Below, piece after piece: positions 30,201-38,361 of a stretch of 64,000 nucleotides of DNA. The translations under genes were made by a program, and so were the position numbers. The notes beneath the pieces were generated by a model. That model worked only from the letters and a program-made list of their open reading frames with translations. It was not told where the DNA came from and did no database searches. Every line of letters begins with the position of its first letter. The stretch's first letter is position 1. The stretch lies in the sequence record NC_070958.1. One strand, written 5' to 3'.

Positions 30201-31305
30201 ACATTCTTTTACCAGGACCTCGGGCAAAGAAGTTGGGGAGGTTACGGACAGCAGCACCCGCTAACCCTCGACCAGCCATGTCTCCTAACATGCCAGCAGA
30301 TACTGGCATACCGTCAGACATCTCGAGCATGTCGGCGACCATTCCCAACACACTACTGGCGCTATCTGAAGCATCTTGCCTGGCTTCTTTACCAAAACGA
30401 TCCCTGATGAGACCAGTCAGGCCGCCTACACGACGCCCTACTGTACTAAACAGGGAATCCCGCATGTACTGTTTGGAAGCGGTGAAGTTCGATGTCTTTT
30501 GGTAATCAGACATCATCGTCCCTTTCAAGATCTTCTTCAGTTCAGCAACCTGGGCGTGCATGCCCTTTTCCATGAACTTGTAGTACTTGACGTTAGCCAC
30601 ATAGCCTTTCGCCATCAAGTTCAATTTGGTCTGTTCGATTTTGAACTGTACGTTGCGCTGGTAATCGTTAAGATCACGAACACTGGTTTCGATATTGACA
30701 AGTTGGCGGTTACCGGCCATGACGGCAGAACTGATTTGACCACCAACGTTTGCAGACATTACGTTGAGGGAGTTCGTCATTTCTGAGAACAACCCTTCTT
30801 GACGACTCATAACGCTGTCGAGCACCAAAGTCAAGTCATAATCAGACTCTTCTTCAATACCCTCCATGCTATTATAAGACCCATCACTCTTCTCCCAGTC
30901 AGAGAAATCTTTCTGGGAAAAGTCATCCATTTTGTTACGAAGGCCGCCAGGTAACTTCTCACCGAAACGGTTGGAAAGCTGGCCGGCAATGCTTTGTAAT
31001 GATCTGACCGATTCGTAGTTTTGCTCTTTGAGCTCTGTCTTGAGTTCATCGTAGCGTTCGATGGCACGGTTGGTTCGGTCGAAAGCGTTACTGAAAGTGT
31101 TGGGTAAAATAGTGCGGAGTGATCTAGTGATCGCCGCACCTGACCCTACTGTTTCATTAACGAGTCCACCCAAGAACCCCGACGCCATACTTGACACGAA
31201 TCCTTTACCTTTGAAAGGATCGATATCAAAATCTCCATCGAGATCGAAATCACCCGCAAACGGGTCATCCCAATCATCGAGACCGAGATCATCTTCATAT
31301 GACAT
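24244..31305 (-). CDS. Tape-measure / cell-puncturing protein with a C-terminal GH19 lysozyme domain (phiKZ gp181 position)
   Basis: 2353 aa; AKVETGNYKSTVEN, DGWLYRGRGLFQLTGKANY and INGG are GH19 motifs (about 24790-25320); Pro/Ala-rich tail; divergent from the vRNAP genes. Confidence 0.9.
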   Translation of the reverse strand: MSYEDDLGLDDWDDPFAGDFDLDGDFDIDPFKGKGFVSSMASGFLGGLVNETVGSGAAITRSLRTILPNTFSNAFDRTNRAIERYDELKTELKEQNYESVRSLQSIAGQLSNRFGEKLPGGLRNKMDDFSQKDFSDWEKSDGSYNSMEGIEEESDYDLTLVLDSVMSRQEGLFSEMTNSLNVMSANVGGQISSAVMAGNRQLVNIETSVRDLNDYQRNVQFKIEQTKLNLMAKGYVANVKYYKFMEKGMHAQVAELKKILKGTMMSDYQKTSNFTASKQYMRDSLFSTVGRRVGGLTGLIRDRFGKEARQDASDSASSVLGMVADMLEMSDGMPVSAGMLGDMAGRGLAGAAVRNLPNFFARGPGKRMLESLAKKNPAEAKALRRQWERLSNTGSKASYMSNAGVGLINFMAEDYQAMDEMPFIDYEDYVASLPPDKQPMSKARWTIQNAASNRAKAAMNSFMSEMNQAKGTQYTLKKRNPRDLVDAGIWTQGNNVTLNEVIPGLISRTNQLLEMIRTGDSNAELVTYNYMRGQFQNETNKQIAVQADLMPAAEFDRYATAALEFVDDLDPKKTLSQGARKAFAKVIARDVDREKNFNPFYYIGDIPGISGPMLDEIHAVVRRHFGLRDQDIARFNETTGFERMQVMTEMRNSRYQERLNKAGSAATNLKDLAPNIAERIDMLRATGNEQLLRDLGVIYTENGIDKVDMEVFHERIGMFMDDPNNPALRGMNPSDKTQGKKTRNSFHIPDRPAPTNDGKRTEGASFAGLSSSLNTLTEKLDVLASSNMSSKSGKPDTAYMDTQTGEIVSNTSKIAESNQRMETILSSLLDLANKGKLFSGAPKNANEERQEEQAKEGLMSKIKGLFPEGMFGRGMDLLVKNSPIVLGGVLGGIASNFASNPIAAASMAVGGLALGGLVQYWGNKDRKENVSANEPSDDEDIVDENGESILKSAKLKAGEYIDAITKRVINTYREIKGPVIDVVSKAIITVRELGGRIFGPDGRAVVLRGIETAKGMIVNAYNFVNPIGKLRAGIDMGKEIIYQQDVFVKGDLQNPRLRAVGFKNVEYWKDENGTFKPVKGWNEISGPVYDEEGNELISQAEFDEGLVTRTGQRIRQVGTMGSNMAGAAVGMGKQLFTNMMGKLGFERSNEQASSHVSAVRGRGTNMNGVERRLDRIYKLLSQKFGMEIEDEELDDAGGPAMRKNSLEDKARQAAASQSDRVQKAIIDIGDTLTGKSKKKGEGEEKGKKPGLFGKLYDMMGSIGGFFKNPLGSLLGMVGGSMAASVKRLGTIGSALFSGVLGIGSPIFKLLSGGIKMLGGLLGPIARMAGSGIGGLLGMGGPGGRGGKLNKGMGRVGALLGGSALAYNLLTGDDSSSTPTEENMFNQKRPVTTADQIEDAANWIPQIGIGTTVLEAVMPKSWIDGIKNTGVYWTDDGQLFTDRRDAEQHMANSEGYKYNGTTYRTTLLANSIQKRLRFAMYGIREWRSDLAERVQRLEMMLLPHVNVGSGSAGFSKPEAVAEVFRQFVENSAPVPRDNINTWFQARFKPIFLTFVAAANAARFGDLQEYDAGQTHEVVLVAERVQEAVGHMSTNPYTIDVPIDQDTGTMSRIATTGEVADLMNELRKAYPAEKKADGLKLRTYDEQRQANLNPEVSDNKVVAWFQNKFGNESLIRSQEHIDKTFAVTAEIKDIDISDLHKDGDTEIEPFTLARLAVYGNDANINWRVDAVLKLERYCEENMVLSNGLGKLEIPLESVLALFKPMFRIKTELMMANWKAWFESRFLPVLQKYYALVYKQRGSSPKQGWRQLSNSNKAEIAKVLSEIMVMVDGEETSVWNVKASPFEGAQSGTDSDRADTYIKSLNSDAMKAALRDPVMEEAASKAIGEQLQDRSETRKQAEQARIAELTAMRMKRREQAGKQGGTFGGNNYASNGFANAFPPGGMGTTPGTVGAGSGGQYSGGFSEGWEMDPTLKAGDDQGLSMTPEQGEQLLLQGLLRAGITDNKQIALALALAKVETGNYKSTVENTNWSAPTLKKYFRNIPDMATAEKVAAMPPEQRAMYVYGRAPKGPTLGNEKPEDGWLYRGRGLFQLTGKANYEKYKRETGIDVVSNPRLVSEDPNVVADSAVRYLLGNKAIKSIATTGDFDSAVRGINGGNSVPFTDERRKAYTEYLAKLQNGQIKAAGPTKTSDFAPTSGGEDKIADVPNAADQNVPKAAEEKVASTKKTHKQEVDELLDKSSVNQQKAATASPPVSPSAAPTAAVTNPVPSPAPVQAPAPKPSAPAPVSQPAGPTTVSSVGPAPKPAPKQTGTGTQAVSDEGAQQLLSGIISQLGRLNDLMASQGKGGRPNTVGLG

Positions 31306-31332
31306 TTTTAATACCCCTAAGGAAAAGTTTTA

Positions 31333-32952
31333 ATGAGTCGACAACCCACTAACTTTACGTTGCTTAATCCGAGGGCCTTCCCTTGGCAAGCAATGGAACC
31401 GGTTACGACAGGCGACACTTTTGAGGGACAGACTACGAACCTTCACGAAGAAGGCTTGTACTCAACTCGCATCTTCGGACGTGTCGGTACTGATGACCGT
31501 GATAACACTGAATCCTACATCAACACCATCCTCCCCATTTTCAACCCCACCTTCTTTAAAGCACTGATTCAACTCAAGGCTTTGTATGGTGAGATCTTCA
31601 AAGGCAAGGTATATGCCAAGTGGGATCCCGAGGAAAAGGATTTCATAAAATCCAACGTCCTTGAAGGTGATACTGGTTATGCCTTCTTTATGTCTCACTA
31701 TGGTGAGTTAAGTCCGGCTAGTAACGCCTCTTTCAAGCGGACACAGAAAATCCAAATGCTGGAACGGCATCGCGACATTGCACTTCATAGTCGTATCCCT
31801 GTTATTCCAGCCGGTCTCCGTGATGTAGAGATCTCTCCTATCAACGGGCAAGTTACAGAGAACGAGATCAACGATCTTTATCGTAAACTCTTGTTCCGTA
31901 GCAAATCACTGAACATCAAGAACCCTGATGAAACAGATCCTGTCTACGATAACATCCGTTGGGGGCTCCAAGAGTCTCTTAACAATATCGATCAGTATTT
32001 GTTCGACCTTCAGGAAGGTAAACGTGGCTACATGCAACGTCGCATGTCTCGTCGTGCTGTACACTCTGCAACACGTAACGTCATTACCTCTCGTAAGGTT
32101 TCCGTTGAGGACATGGATAACAACCATACCGGTGATCCTAACTCCACTATCATCGGGATGTATCAAGCCCTGCTTGGTTACTCGCTCACCTGTCAACACG
32201 AGCTGTTGAACGGTTATCTCTCTGAGTGCTTCACTCCAGGGATGCCCACTGCTCGACTCATTGACACCAAGACGCTCGAAAGTGTCTATATCGATGTTGA
32301 CCCGAGTGTTGTGGACCGATTCACGTCCGCTGACGGGATTGTTGGTCTGATCAACAAGTTCTCTGATCCGGAACTCCGTAACCGACCGATTAAGATCGAA
32401 GGGAAGTACCTGGCCCTGGTATATGATGACGGTAAGCGTGTTTGCTTACTCCATGATGTTAACGATCTTCCTGAGTCCATGCCCAAGAAGTTCGTCCGTC
32501 CGGTAACTTATATTCAGTTCTTCTACATGCAGTGTGTAAAAGCAATTGAACGTAAAATGTTACAAGTTACTCGGTACCCAATTACAGGGATAGGCTCCAT
32601 CTTCCCGAGTCGTGTTTTCGTTCTTCCTACCAACGCTACTTCTGAAGAGCGTCAATTGGTAGACTTGGATGGAACCGTCATCGGTGGGTATCATTTCTTC
32701 CCGTATTGGACAGAACAGCCCAGTTACTTTGATGGGATGTCCATCAGCAACATACGACTTGGTCTGGCCGGTGGTGACTTTGACGGTGACCAACTTTCGG
32801 CTAACTCCATTCAGGCCGCTGACTCCATCAAGGAAATCGAAGATATGTTTGATAAACGTATTTTCTATATTTCCGGTGCTGGTGAGTTCCTTTACGACCC
32901 GGTTCAAGAACCGCACGAGTTTCTCCTTCGTGCATTAACTAATGGACTCTAA
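31333..32952 (+). CDS. Virion RNA polymerase beta-prime subunit, catalytic part (phiKZ gp180-like)
   Basis: EGLYSTRIFG, IPVIPAGLR, TRYP and the catalytic GGDFDGD. Confidence 0.95.
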   Translation: MSRQPTNFTLLNPRAFPWQAMEPVTTGDTFEGQTTNLHEEGLYSTRIFGRVGTDDRDNTESYINTILPIFNPTFFKALIQLKALYGEIFKGKVYAKWDPEEKDFIKSNVLEGDTGYAFFMSHYGELSPASNASFKRTQKIQMLERHRDIALHSRIPVIPAGLRDVEISPINGQVTENEINDLYRKLLFRSKSLNIKNPDETDPVYDNIRWGLQESLNNIDQYLFDLQEGKRGYMQRRMSRRAVHSATRNVITSRKVSVEDMDNNHTGDPNSTIIGMYQALLGYSLTCQHELLNGYLSECFTPGMPTARLIDTKTLESVYIDVDPSVVDRFTSADGIVGLINKFSDPELRNRPIKIEGKYLALVYDDGKRVCLLHDVNDLPESMPKKFVRPVTYIQFFYMQCVKAIERKMLQVTRYPITGIGSIFPSRVFVLPTNATSEERQLVDLDGTVIGGYHFFPYWTEQPSYFDGMSISNIRLGLAGGDFDGDQLSANSIQAADSIKEIEDMFDKRIFYISGAGEFLYDPVQEPHEFLLRALTNGL

Positions 32953-32954
32953 CA

Positions 32955-35900
32955 ATGACAGAAACCCAACTCGCGTTACTCGGTCTTGCCGGTAACGAGG
33001 CGATTGAGTACAACCAGTTTGTTAAACTCTTCGCCACGAGAGAACGGGCCAGTGATGTCGTCAATCCCCGATACCAGTCTATCGGGGATGTGATGCTTCC
33101 ACGAAGCTCTGTGTTCCATTATCAGCCTAAAGGGTTGAAAGAGATGGGACCGAGCAATACCGCTCCGTTCATCTCTAACTATGATCGCCAGATCAACATG
33201 TTCTTTAACCCCAACTACGTTCATGACCGTGGTGCCATCAAAATGGTTCCGCTTCAGATGAGCAAGTTGGAGAAAAGCTATTTGGCTGGTCACTACAACT
33301 ATCGTCGCACCCGTCAGATCTCTGCGGTTGCCAGCAAGCCTGGCGAACTGCTCATTGATAACATGGCACCTGGTCGACTCCCGGTTGTTTACCGGCGCAT
33401 CACCATTCAAACTGGTTTCGACCAGGCTTACAACGAACTTGCCACTTTGATGGCTAACGTTGGTCAGTTCAGTAGCTACAATCTGAACCAATTTGCCGAG
33501 TTCCCACTTCCCCGTGCTTTCCCCAGTTACAAGTTGCTGGAGTTCAAGTTCGAGAAGTATATGAAACACTTCTTTAAGCGTTCCAAGGATGGCGAGAGTC
33601 TCGTTATGGAAGGCTGGGATAAAGAAACTCTGAAAGAGTTCCAAGCGGAATCTTCTTTCTGGCTTCTTGATCTTTATGGAATGATCATGGGTCATGGTTA
33701 TGAACAGTACTCACTGTTCAACCGTCTGAACGAGAAAGCTCGTTCTCAGTTCAACATGATTTTCACTTACAACGGTCGTTGCTGGATTGTTAATCTTCAG
33801 ACCCTGATCAACCTGATCGGTTATGACGATAAACCGAGTGATAAGAAACCGTCCGCGATCAAGATTGCGTACTTCAAGCGTTTCTACCTGTCACTGATTT
33901 CTCTGGTAACACCGATTACTCAAGAGACGCCAGAGGTCAGTAACGATGAGCACGTTGTGGAAGAAGATGCTGAAAGCGAACCAGCGTCTGTCGGAGATCA
34001 AGGGAAGAACACCAATGTGGACAATCGTTCTGGTGGGGGTTCTCTTGACGACCTTTATAAGAAGCCTGTGGACGCTAAGTCTGTGGGTAAAGGACAGCCA
34101 AGCGATGTCGAACCAACTCCAGTTGGAAGTCAGGACGGAGGCAATAACAAGGAGTCGGAAGGGGCCGGATCAAACAGCGATGGAGCTGGAGATGCGACTG
34201 ACGGAACAGAGTGGGGGACTGACATCCCAGATGAAGTATTCGAACGAGCTACTGTTGAACAAGCAGAAGTAGTTGCTGCTGACTCCAGCTATGGACCAAC
34301 AGTTACTGCTGACCGCATTCTTCAACGTCTTGCACGTCAGGGTCAGTTGACCACTAAAGAACTCAAGTACTACACCGACATCTCTCGTAGTTATAAAGAC
34401 ATCGAGTTCGGTGGTCGTACCTTGGAAGAGATCGTTGACATCAAGTATAGCGATCTCGAGTTGAAGCCTGAGAAGATTGGTACAGACTCTGTATTGGTCG
34501 CCGATAAATCTGTTCAGCAGTCCAGGACTCAACAGTTTGTTAATGGCTACACCAAGGAATATCTGGAACGTGACATTATCAACATGATCCTGGGTGTTCA
34601 GAACGGTGGTACCGCACTGGTTGATTTCGATCGTGAAACAACTATCACCGCCGAATCCAAGTACGACGTGTACAAGCTTCGCCTCCAACCCGTTGAAGGT
34701 GGTGCGCTGACCACTCGGCCATTCCGTATTCCCAAGGTTGATGATGACGGCACTCTGTTCATGGGTGGGGTAAAGATCTATTGCCAGAATCTCCGTGTAG
34801 ATATTCCGGTAAGAAAGATTTCTCCGACCAAGGTCAGTCTCTCTTCTTATTACGATAAGAAGATCATGATCGAACGCAGTCCGTACAAGGTCAATGACTT
34901 TGCTGCGTGGTTGAAGGCCGCTATCCTGAACAAGAGTCGTGTGGATAAATCCCTCGTCGTCACTCTGGGTGGTCAGAAAGCAGATCAGAAAGAAGTGTGT
35001 TGGTACTACTCTGTACTCGCCAGCCGGTTCAAGGAAATTCAGTTCGGAAACTACCATTTCAAGTTTGACACCAAATCTTTGATTGGTGATAACAAGGCGT
35101 GGGGGAAACTCTGTAACGCTGAAACCTGGGTGATAGGGGTAGAAGGTGATAAACCTGTTCTGATCGACAGCTCTGGTTTGATTTCTGTGGAAGGTGAAGA
35201 GCGTGGGTACATTGAGGAAATCCTCGGTCTGGAAATCTTCAAAGCGCCGATACCGAACTGTACTGTAAACATCAACGGGTTCATGTTCCCGATCATTGCA
35301 GTGCTTTCGTATTGGGTTGGGTTCTCAGAGGTGATGAAACGCCTCAAACCTGTTTACCGGAGTATCGAACCTGGTGTCCGTCCTCAGCTTAGTGCTGATG
35401 AATACATGGTACAACTCGCCGATGAACGACTCGTGTTCAACCGTCGTGATGAGTTCGCCACGCTGATCTTCTCCGGTCTCGAAAACATGCCGGGTACCAA
35501 GAACTTCGCTCGTTCACAACTTGACGATCCGAACGTGTGGTTCTCCATCATCAGTAACGATAAAGTTAAACCTTCTCACTTTAGCGAAATGGGCTTGATC
35601 TACGATATGTTTATCGACCCCATCACAGCTCGTGAGTTGGAACGTCGCAAATATCCGCTGGTGATGGACCAGTTGCTGATGGCAGCGGCTAAACTGTTGT
35701 TGAGTAACGAAGCTTCTCACGAAGTAGAAATCACCGAACAGCGATTTGTCGGTACCGAACGTATTCCAGGTCATGTTTACCGGGAGTTCGTGAAGTCTAC
35801 CCGACAGATGCGTAACAAGCCAGGTAAGAAGAAGACATTCGATCTGAACCCCGAAACAATCATGATGAACATTTTGACTGACTCCTCGTTCCAAAGCGTG

Positions 35901-37313
35901 GAAGAGGTTAACCTTGTTCACCAGGTTAAGCAGCAAGAAGAAGTAACATTCGGTGGTTCCTTCGGTCGTACCGATCAAGCAATGGTTCGTCGTACTCGTG
36001 GTCAACTGGATAACTATGCTGGCATCATCTCTGAGGCTGGTAAAGACTCCGGTAAGGTAGGGTTTATTTCCTACATGACGTCCGATGCAAAGATCGTCGA
36101 CCTTGCTGGTAACATCGATGTTGACCTTCCTGGCACTCCTGCTGGTCGTGGTTCTATTACCGCCAACCTGCTTTACGGCACCACTCGAGACGATACCAAG
36201 CGTTCTCTCTTTGCTGGTGTACAGCTGAGTCAGTGGATGGCTACTGATAGCTACGGTCCCGTTCCGCTCCAAACGTCCTATGACACCCAAATCGCTTATC
36301 GTACTAGCGAACTCTACTCTTCTGTTGCCAAAGATGACGGTGAAGTCATCGAAGTAACTAAAGAGGGGATGGTGGTCAAGTACAAGAACGGAAACACCGA
36401 TCGGTTCTTCTTGGGATATGAGATTGGCAAGGGTGCTGGTGAAAACCACAAACACCTTAAGATCACCGACATGAAAGTTGGTGACAAGTTCACCAAGGGC
36501 AAAGTCGTTGCTTGGGACAGTATGTTCCTGGCTCGTGATATTCGTGACCCCAACCGCGTTTGTACCAAACTCGGGACAATGACACGGATGGCACTCGGTG
36601 AAGGTCAATTCACCTTCGAAGACTCGATAGCGATCAGTAAGAACTATGCGCTGAAGAGTACCACTCCTTACGTTAAGGAGAACCACTTCGTTGTGAACTA
36701 TACCGACGTCATCACCATGCATGTTAAGGTGGGTGACAAGGTTGAGTACGCACAGCCTTTGGCAGATCTGCAAGACCCGACATCCGCAACCTTTAATGAT
36801 GATAGCATCATGAACGGATTGGATCGTCTGGGGATCAAACAGATCAAGGCTAAACAGGCTGGGGTAATCACCAAGGTCGAAGTCGTCTACAATGGTGACA
36901 TTGAGGATGCTGATCCGTCAGTTAAGAAGTTCATCCAGCAGCAAGACTCTGTCCGCGGTAAAATGGCCAAGTACCGCAACAACACGGCTACCGATGGTAA
37001 CGTTGGTGGGAACACCTCTGTAGGTAAGAGCAAGGTATACCCTGGTACTGCCTCTGTCTCCATTTACATTGAGAACAGTCTCACTACCACCGTCGCGGAT
37101 AAGTTCGTTGCAGGTAACCAAATGAAGGGTACTGTCGGGTTCATCTACCCCAACCCCATCTACACTGAAGATGGTCGAGAGGTTGATTGGTTCTTCTCCT
37201 TGAAGTCCCTTCTGAACCGCATGGTGCTCAGTCTCCGTGATAAGCTTGTTGCCAACGAGGTCAATAACGTTTACACGATTCGCATGATCGAGAAATATCC
37301 GAGGTATGAATGA
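32955..37313 (+). CDS. Virion RNA polymerase beta subunit, main part (phiKZ gp178-like)
   Basis: 1452 aa; EAGKDSGKVG, FEDSIAIS and DKFVAGNQMKGTVG are RpoB-like motifs. Confidence 0.93.
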   Translation: MTETQLALLGLAGNEAIEYNQFVKLFATRERASDVVNPRYQSIGDVMLPRSSVFHYQPKGLKEMGPSNTAPFISNYDRQINMFFNPNYVHDRGAIKMVPLQMSKLEKSYLAGHYNYRRTRQISAVASKPGELLIDNMAPGRLPVVYRRITIQTGFDQAYNELATLMANVGQFSSYNLNQFAEFPLPRAFPSYKLLEFKFEKYMKHFFKRSKDGESLVMEGWDKETLKEFQAESSFWLLDLYGMIMGHGYEQYSLFNRLNEKARSQFNMIFTYNGRCWIVNLQTLINLIGYDDKPSDKKPSAIKIAYFKRFYLSLISLVTPITQETPEVSNDEHVVEEDAESEPASVGDQGKNTNVDNRSGGGSLDDLYKKPVDAKSVGKGQPSDVEPTPVGSQDGGNNKESEGAGSNSDGAGDATDGTEWGTDIPDEVFERATVEQAEVVAADSSYGPTVTADRILQRLARQGQLTTKELKYYTDISRSYKDIEFGGRTLEEIVDIKYSDLELKPEKIGTDSVLVADKSVQQSRTQQFVNGYTKEYLERDIINMILGVQNGGTALVDFDRETTITAESKYDVYKLRLQPVEGGALTTRPFRIPKVDDDGTLFMGGVKIYCQNLRVDIPVRKISPTKVSLSSYYDKKIMIERSPYKVNDFAAWLKAAILNKSRVDKSLVVTLGGQKADQKEVCWYYSVLASRFKEIQFGNYHFKFDTKSLIGDNKAWGKLCNAETWVIGVEGDKPVLIDSSGLISVEGEERGYIEEILGLEIFKAPIPNCTVNINGFMFPIIAVLSYWVGFSEVMKRLKPVYRSIEPGVRPQLSADEYMVQLADERLVFNRRDEFATLIFSGLENMPGTKNFARSQLDDPNVWFSIISNDKVKPSHFSEMGLIYDMFIDPITARELERRKYPLVMDQLLMAAAKLLLSNEASHEVEITEQRFVGTERIPGHVYREFVKSTRQMRNKPGKKKTFDLNPETIMMNILTDSSFQSVEEVNLVHQVKQQEEVTFGGSFGRTDQAMVRRTRGQLDNYAGIISEAGKDSGKVGFISYMTSDAKIVDLAGNIDVDLPGTPAGRGSITANLLYGTTRDDTKRSLFAGVQLSQWMATDSYGPVPLQTSYDTQIAYRTSELYSSVAKDDGEVIEVTKEGMVVKYKNGNTDRFFLGYEIGKGAGENHKHLKITDMKVGDKFTKGKVVAWDSMFLARDIRDPNRVCTKLGTMTRMALGEGQFTFEDSIAISKNYALKSTTPYVKENHFVVNYTDVITMHVKVGDKVEYAQPLADLQDPTSATFNDDSIMNGLDRLGIKQIKAKQAGVITKVEVVYNGDIEDADPSVKKFIQQQDSVRGKMAKYRNNTATDGNVGGNTSVGKSKVYPGTASVSIYIENSLTTTVADKFVAGNQMKGTVGFIYPNPIYTEDGREVDWFFSLKSLLNRMVLSLRDKLVANEVNNVYTIRMIEKYPRYE

Positions 37314-38182
37314 ACAACAACCGTGAAGTCTTTGGACTGAAAAGTATCCAAAGCTTGATGCGGGAAGTTGGTCTTTATGGAGGGCGCATCGACGCCCTCT
37401 TTGGACCGTCCTGTGTCGACGCAATGAAAGCCCTGGTGGCTAATGCAAATCCGTCCTACAACCCGATTGTAGCCGTTCCTACTTATGACGCTACCGATGT
37501 ATTCAAGTGGGTACAGGAGTACCTTGTACGCGCTGGCAAGACCCCTAACGGGTTTGCCGTAGATGGTAAGTGGGGTAGTGGTACCGAAGGTGAACTCGGT
37601 AAACTCTGTAACATGTACGCTGAAGCACATTCGCTTCCTTTCTATAGCTACGCTTGGACCGCTCACCCCAGGATCACTCCTGAGATGGTCGCGAAGGTAG
37701 AAGCATGGATGGTGAAGTGGGGTAAGCCCAAAGAACACGTCAACTATTTGTTCAGTTGTATGGCACTGGAAACAGGTCGTACTTTTGACGCTTCAATCAA
37801 GAACAAGCATTCCGGTGCTGTTGGACTGATCCAGTTTATGCCCGGTCCTAATGGTTCCGCTGTTGATCTCGGAACCACCACCGATGCCTTGGCGAAGATG
37901 ACCGAGGTTGACCAGCTGGACTATGTCTTCAAATACTTTGAAAAGTACGGGTACATCAAGAAGTGTGCTCGACTGGAAGACTACTACCTCACCATTTTCT
38001 ATCCTGCCCATGTCGGTAAAGACCCCAACATCAAAGTTGGCGTGGAAGGAACCAAACTCTATAGTCAGAACTTTGGTTTTGACCGTGAGAAGAAAGGGTT
38101 CTACACCGTCGGTGATATCGCTTTCGCGATTACCGAATTCTACTGGGAAGGTATGGATCCGAAGAAACGTACCATTAAGTAA
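37310..38182 (+). CDS. Modular endolysin: peptidoglycan-binding repeats plus lytic transglycosylase (EL188-like)
   Basis: IDALFG and VDGKWG PG-binding motifs; MALETG catalytic Glu and GAVGLIQFM SLT motif; ATGA overlap with the beta gene. Confidence 0.88.
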   Translation: MNNNREVFGLKSIQSLMREVGLYGGRIDALFGPSCVDAMKALVANANPSYNPIVAVPTYDATDVFKWVQEYLVRAGKTPNGFAVDGKWGSGTEGELGKLCNMYAEAHSLPFYSYAWTAHPRITPEMVAKVEAWMVKWGKPKEHVNYLFSCMALETGRTFDASIKNKHSGAVGLIQFMPGPNGSAVDLGTTTDALAKMTEVDQLDYVFKYFEKYGYIKKCARLEDYYLTIFYPAHVGKDPNIKVGVEGTKLYSQNFGFDREKKGFYTVGDIAFAITEFYWEGMDPKKRTIK

Positions 38183-38191
38183 GGAATTCAC

Positions 38192-38359
38192 ATGTCCAAG
38201 CTGTTCGTCGACAACGTAACTACGCTGTCGAACCTCTACGAAGTCATTGCAGGAACGCTCCAGCAAATTGGCTACGAATACCAAGCCCCTCTGTCTCCGG
38301 CAGAGGAACAGGAAGTGATCTCTCGTCAGATCAAAAACAAAGTTCTGAGTGAGGACTAA
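38192..38359 (+). CDS. Small 55-aa protein missing from the ORF track (MSKLFVDNVT...KVLSED)
   Basis: RBS AAGGA, fills the gap between the endolysin and the next gene, phage-like codons. Confidence 0.75.
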   Translation: MSKLFVDNVTTLSNLYEVIAGTLQQIGYEYQAPLSPAEEQEVISRQIKNKVLSED

Positions 38360-38361
38360 TA

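Noticed and set aside
31333-37313. Introns or inteins in the RNAP genes, as seen in some relatives
   Set aside because: Both frames are continuous and of expected size, with no homing endonuclease motifs
38192-38359. Holin candidate next to the endolysin
   Set aside because: No transmembrane segment
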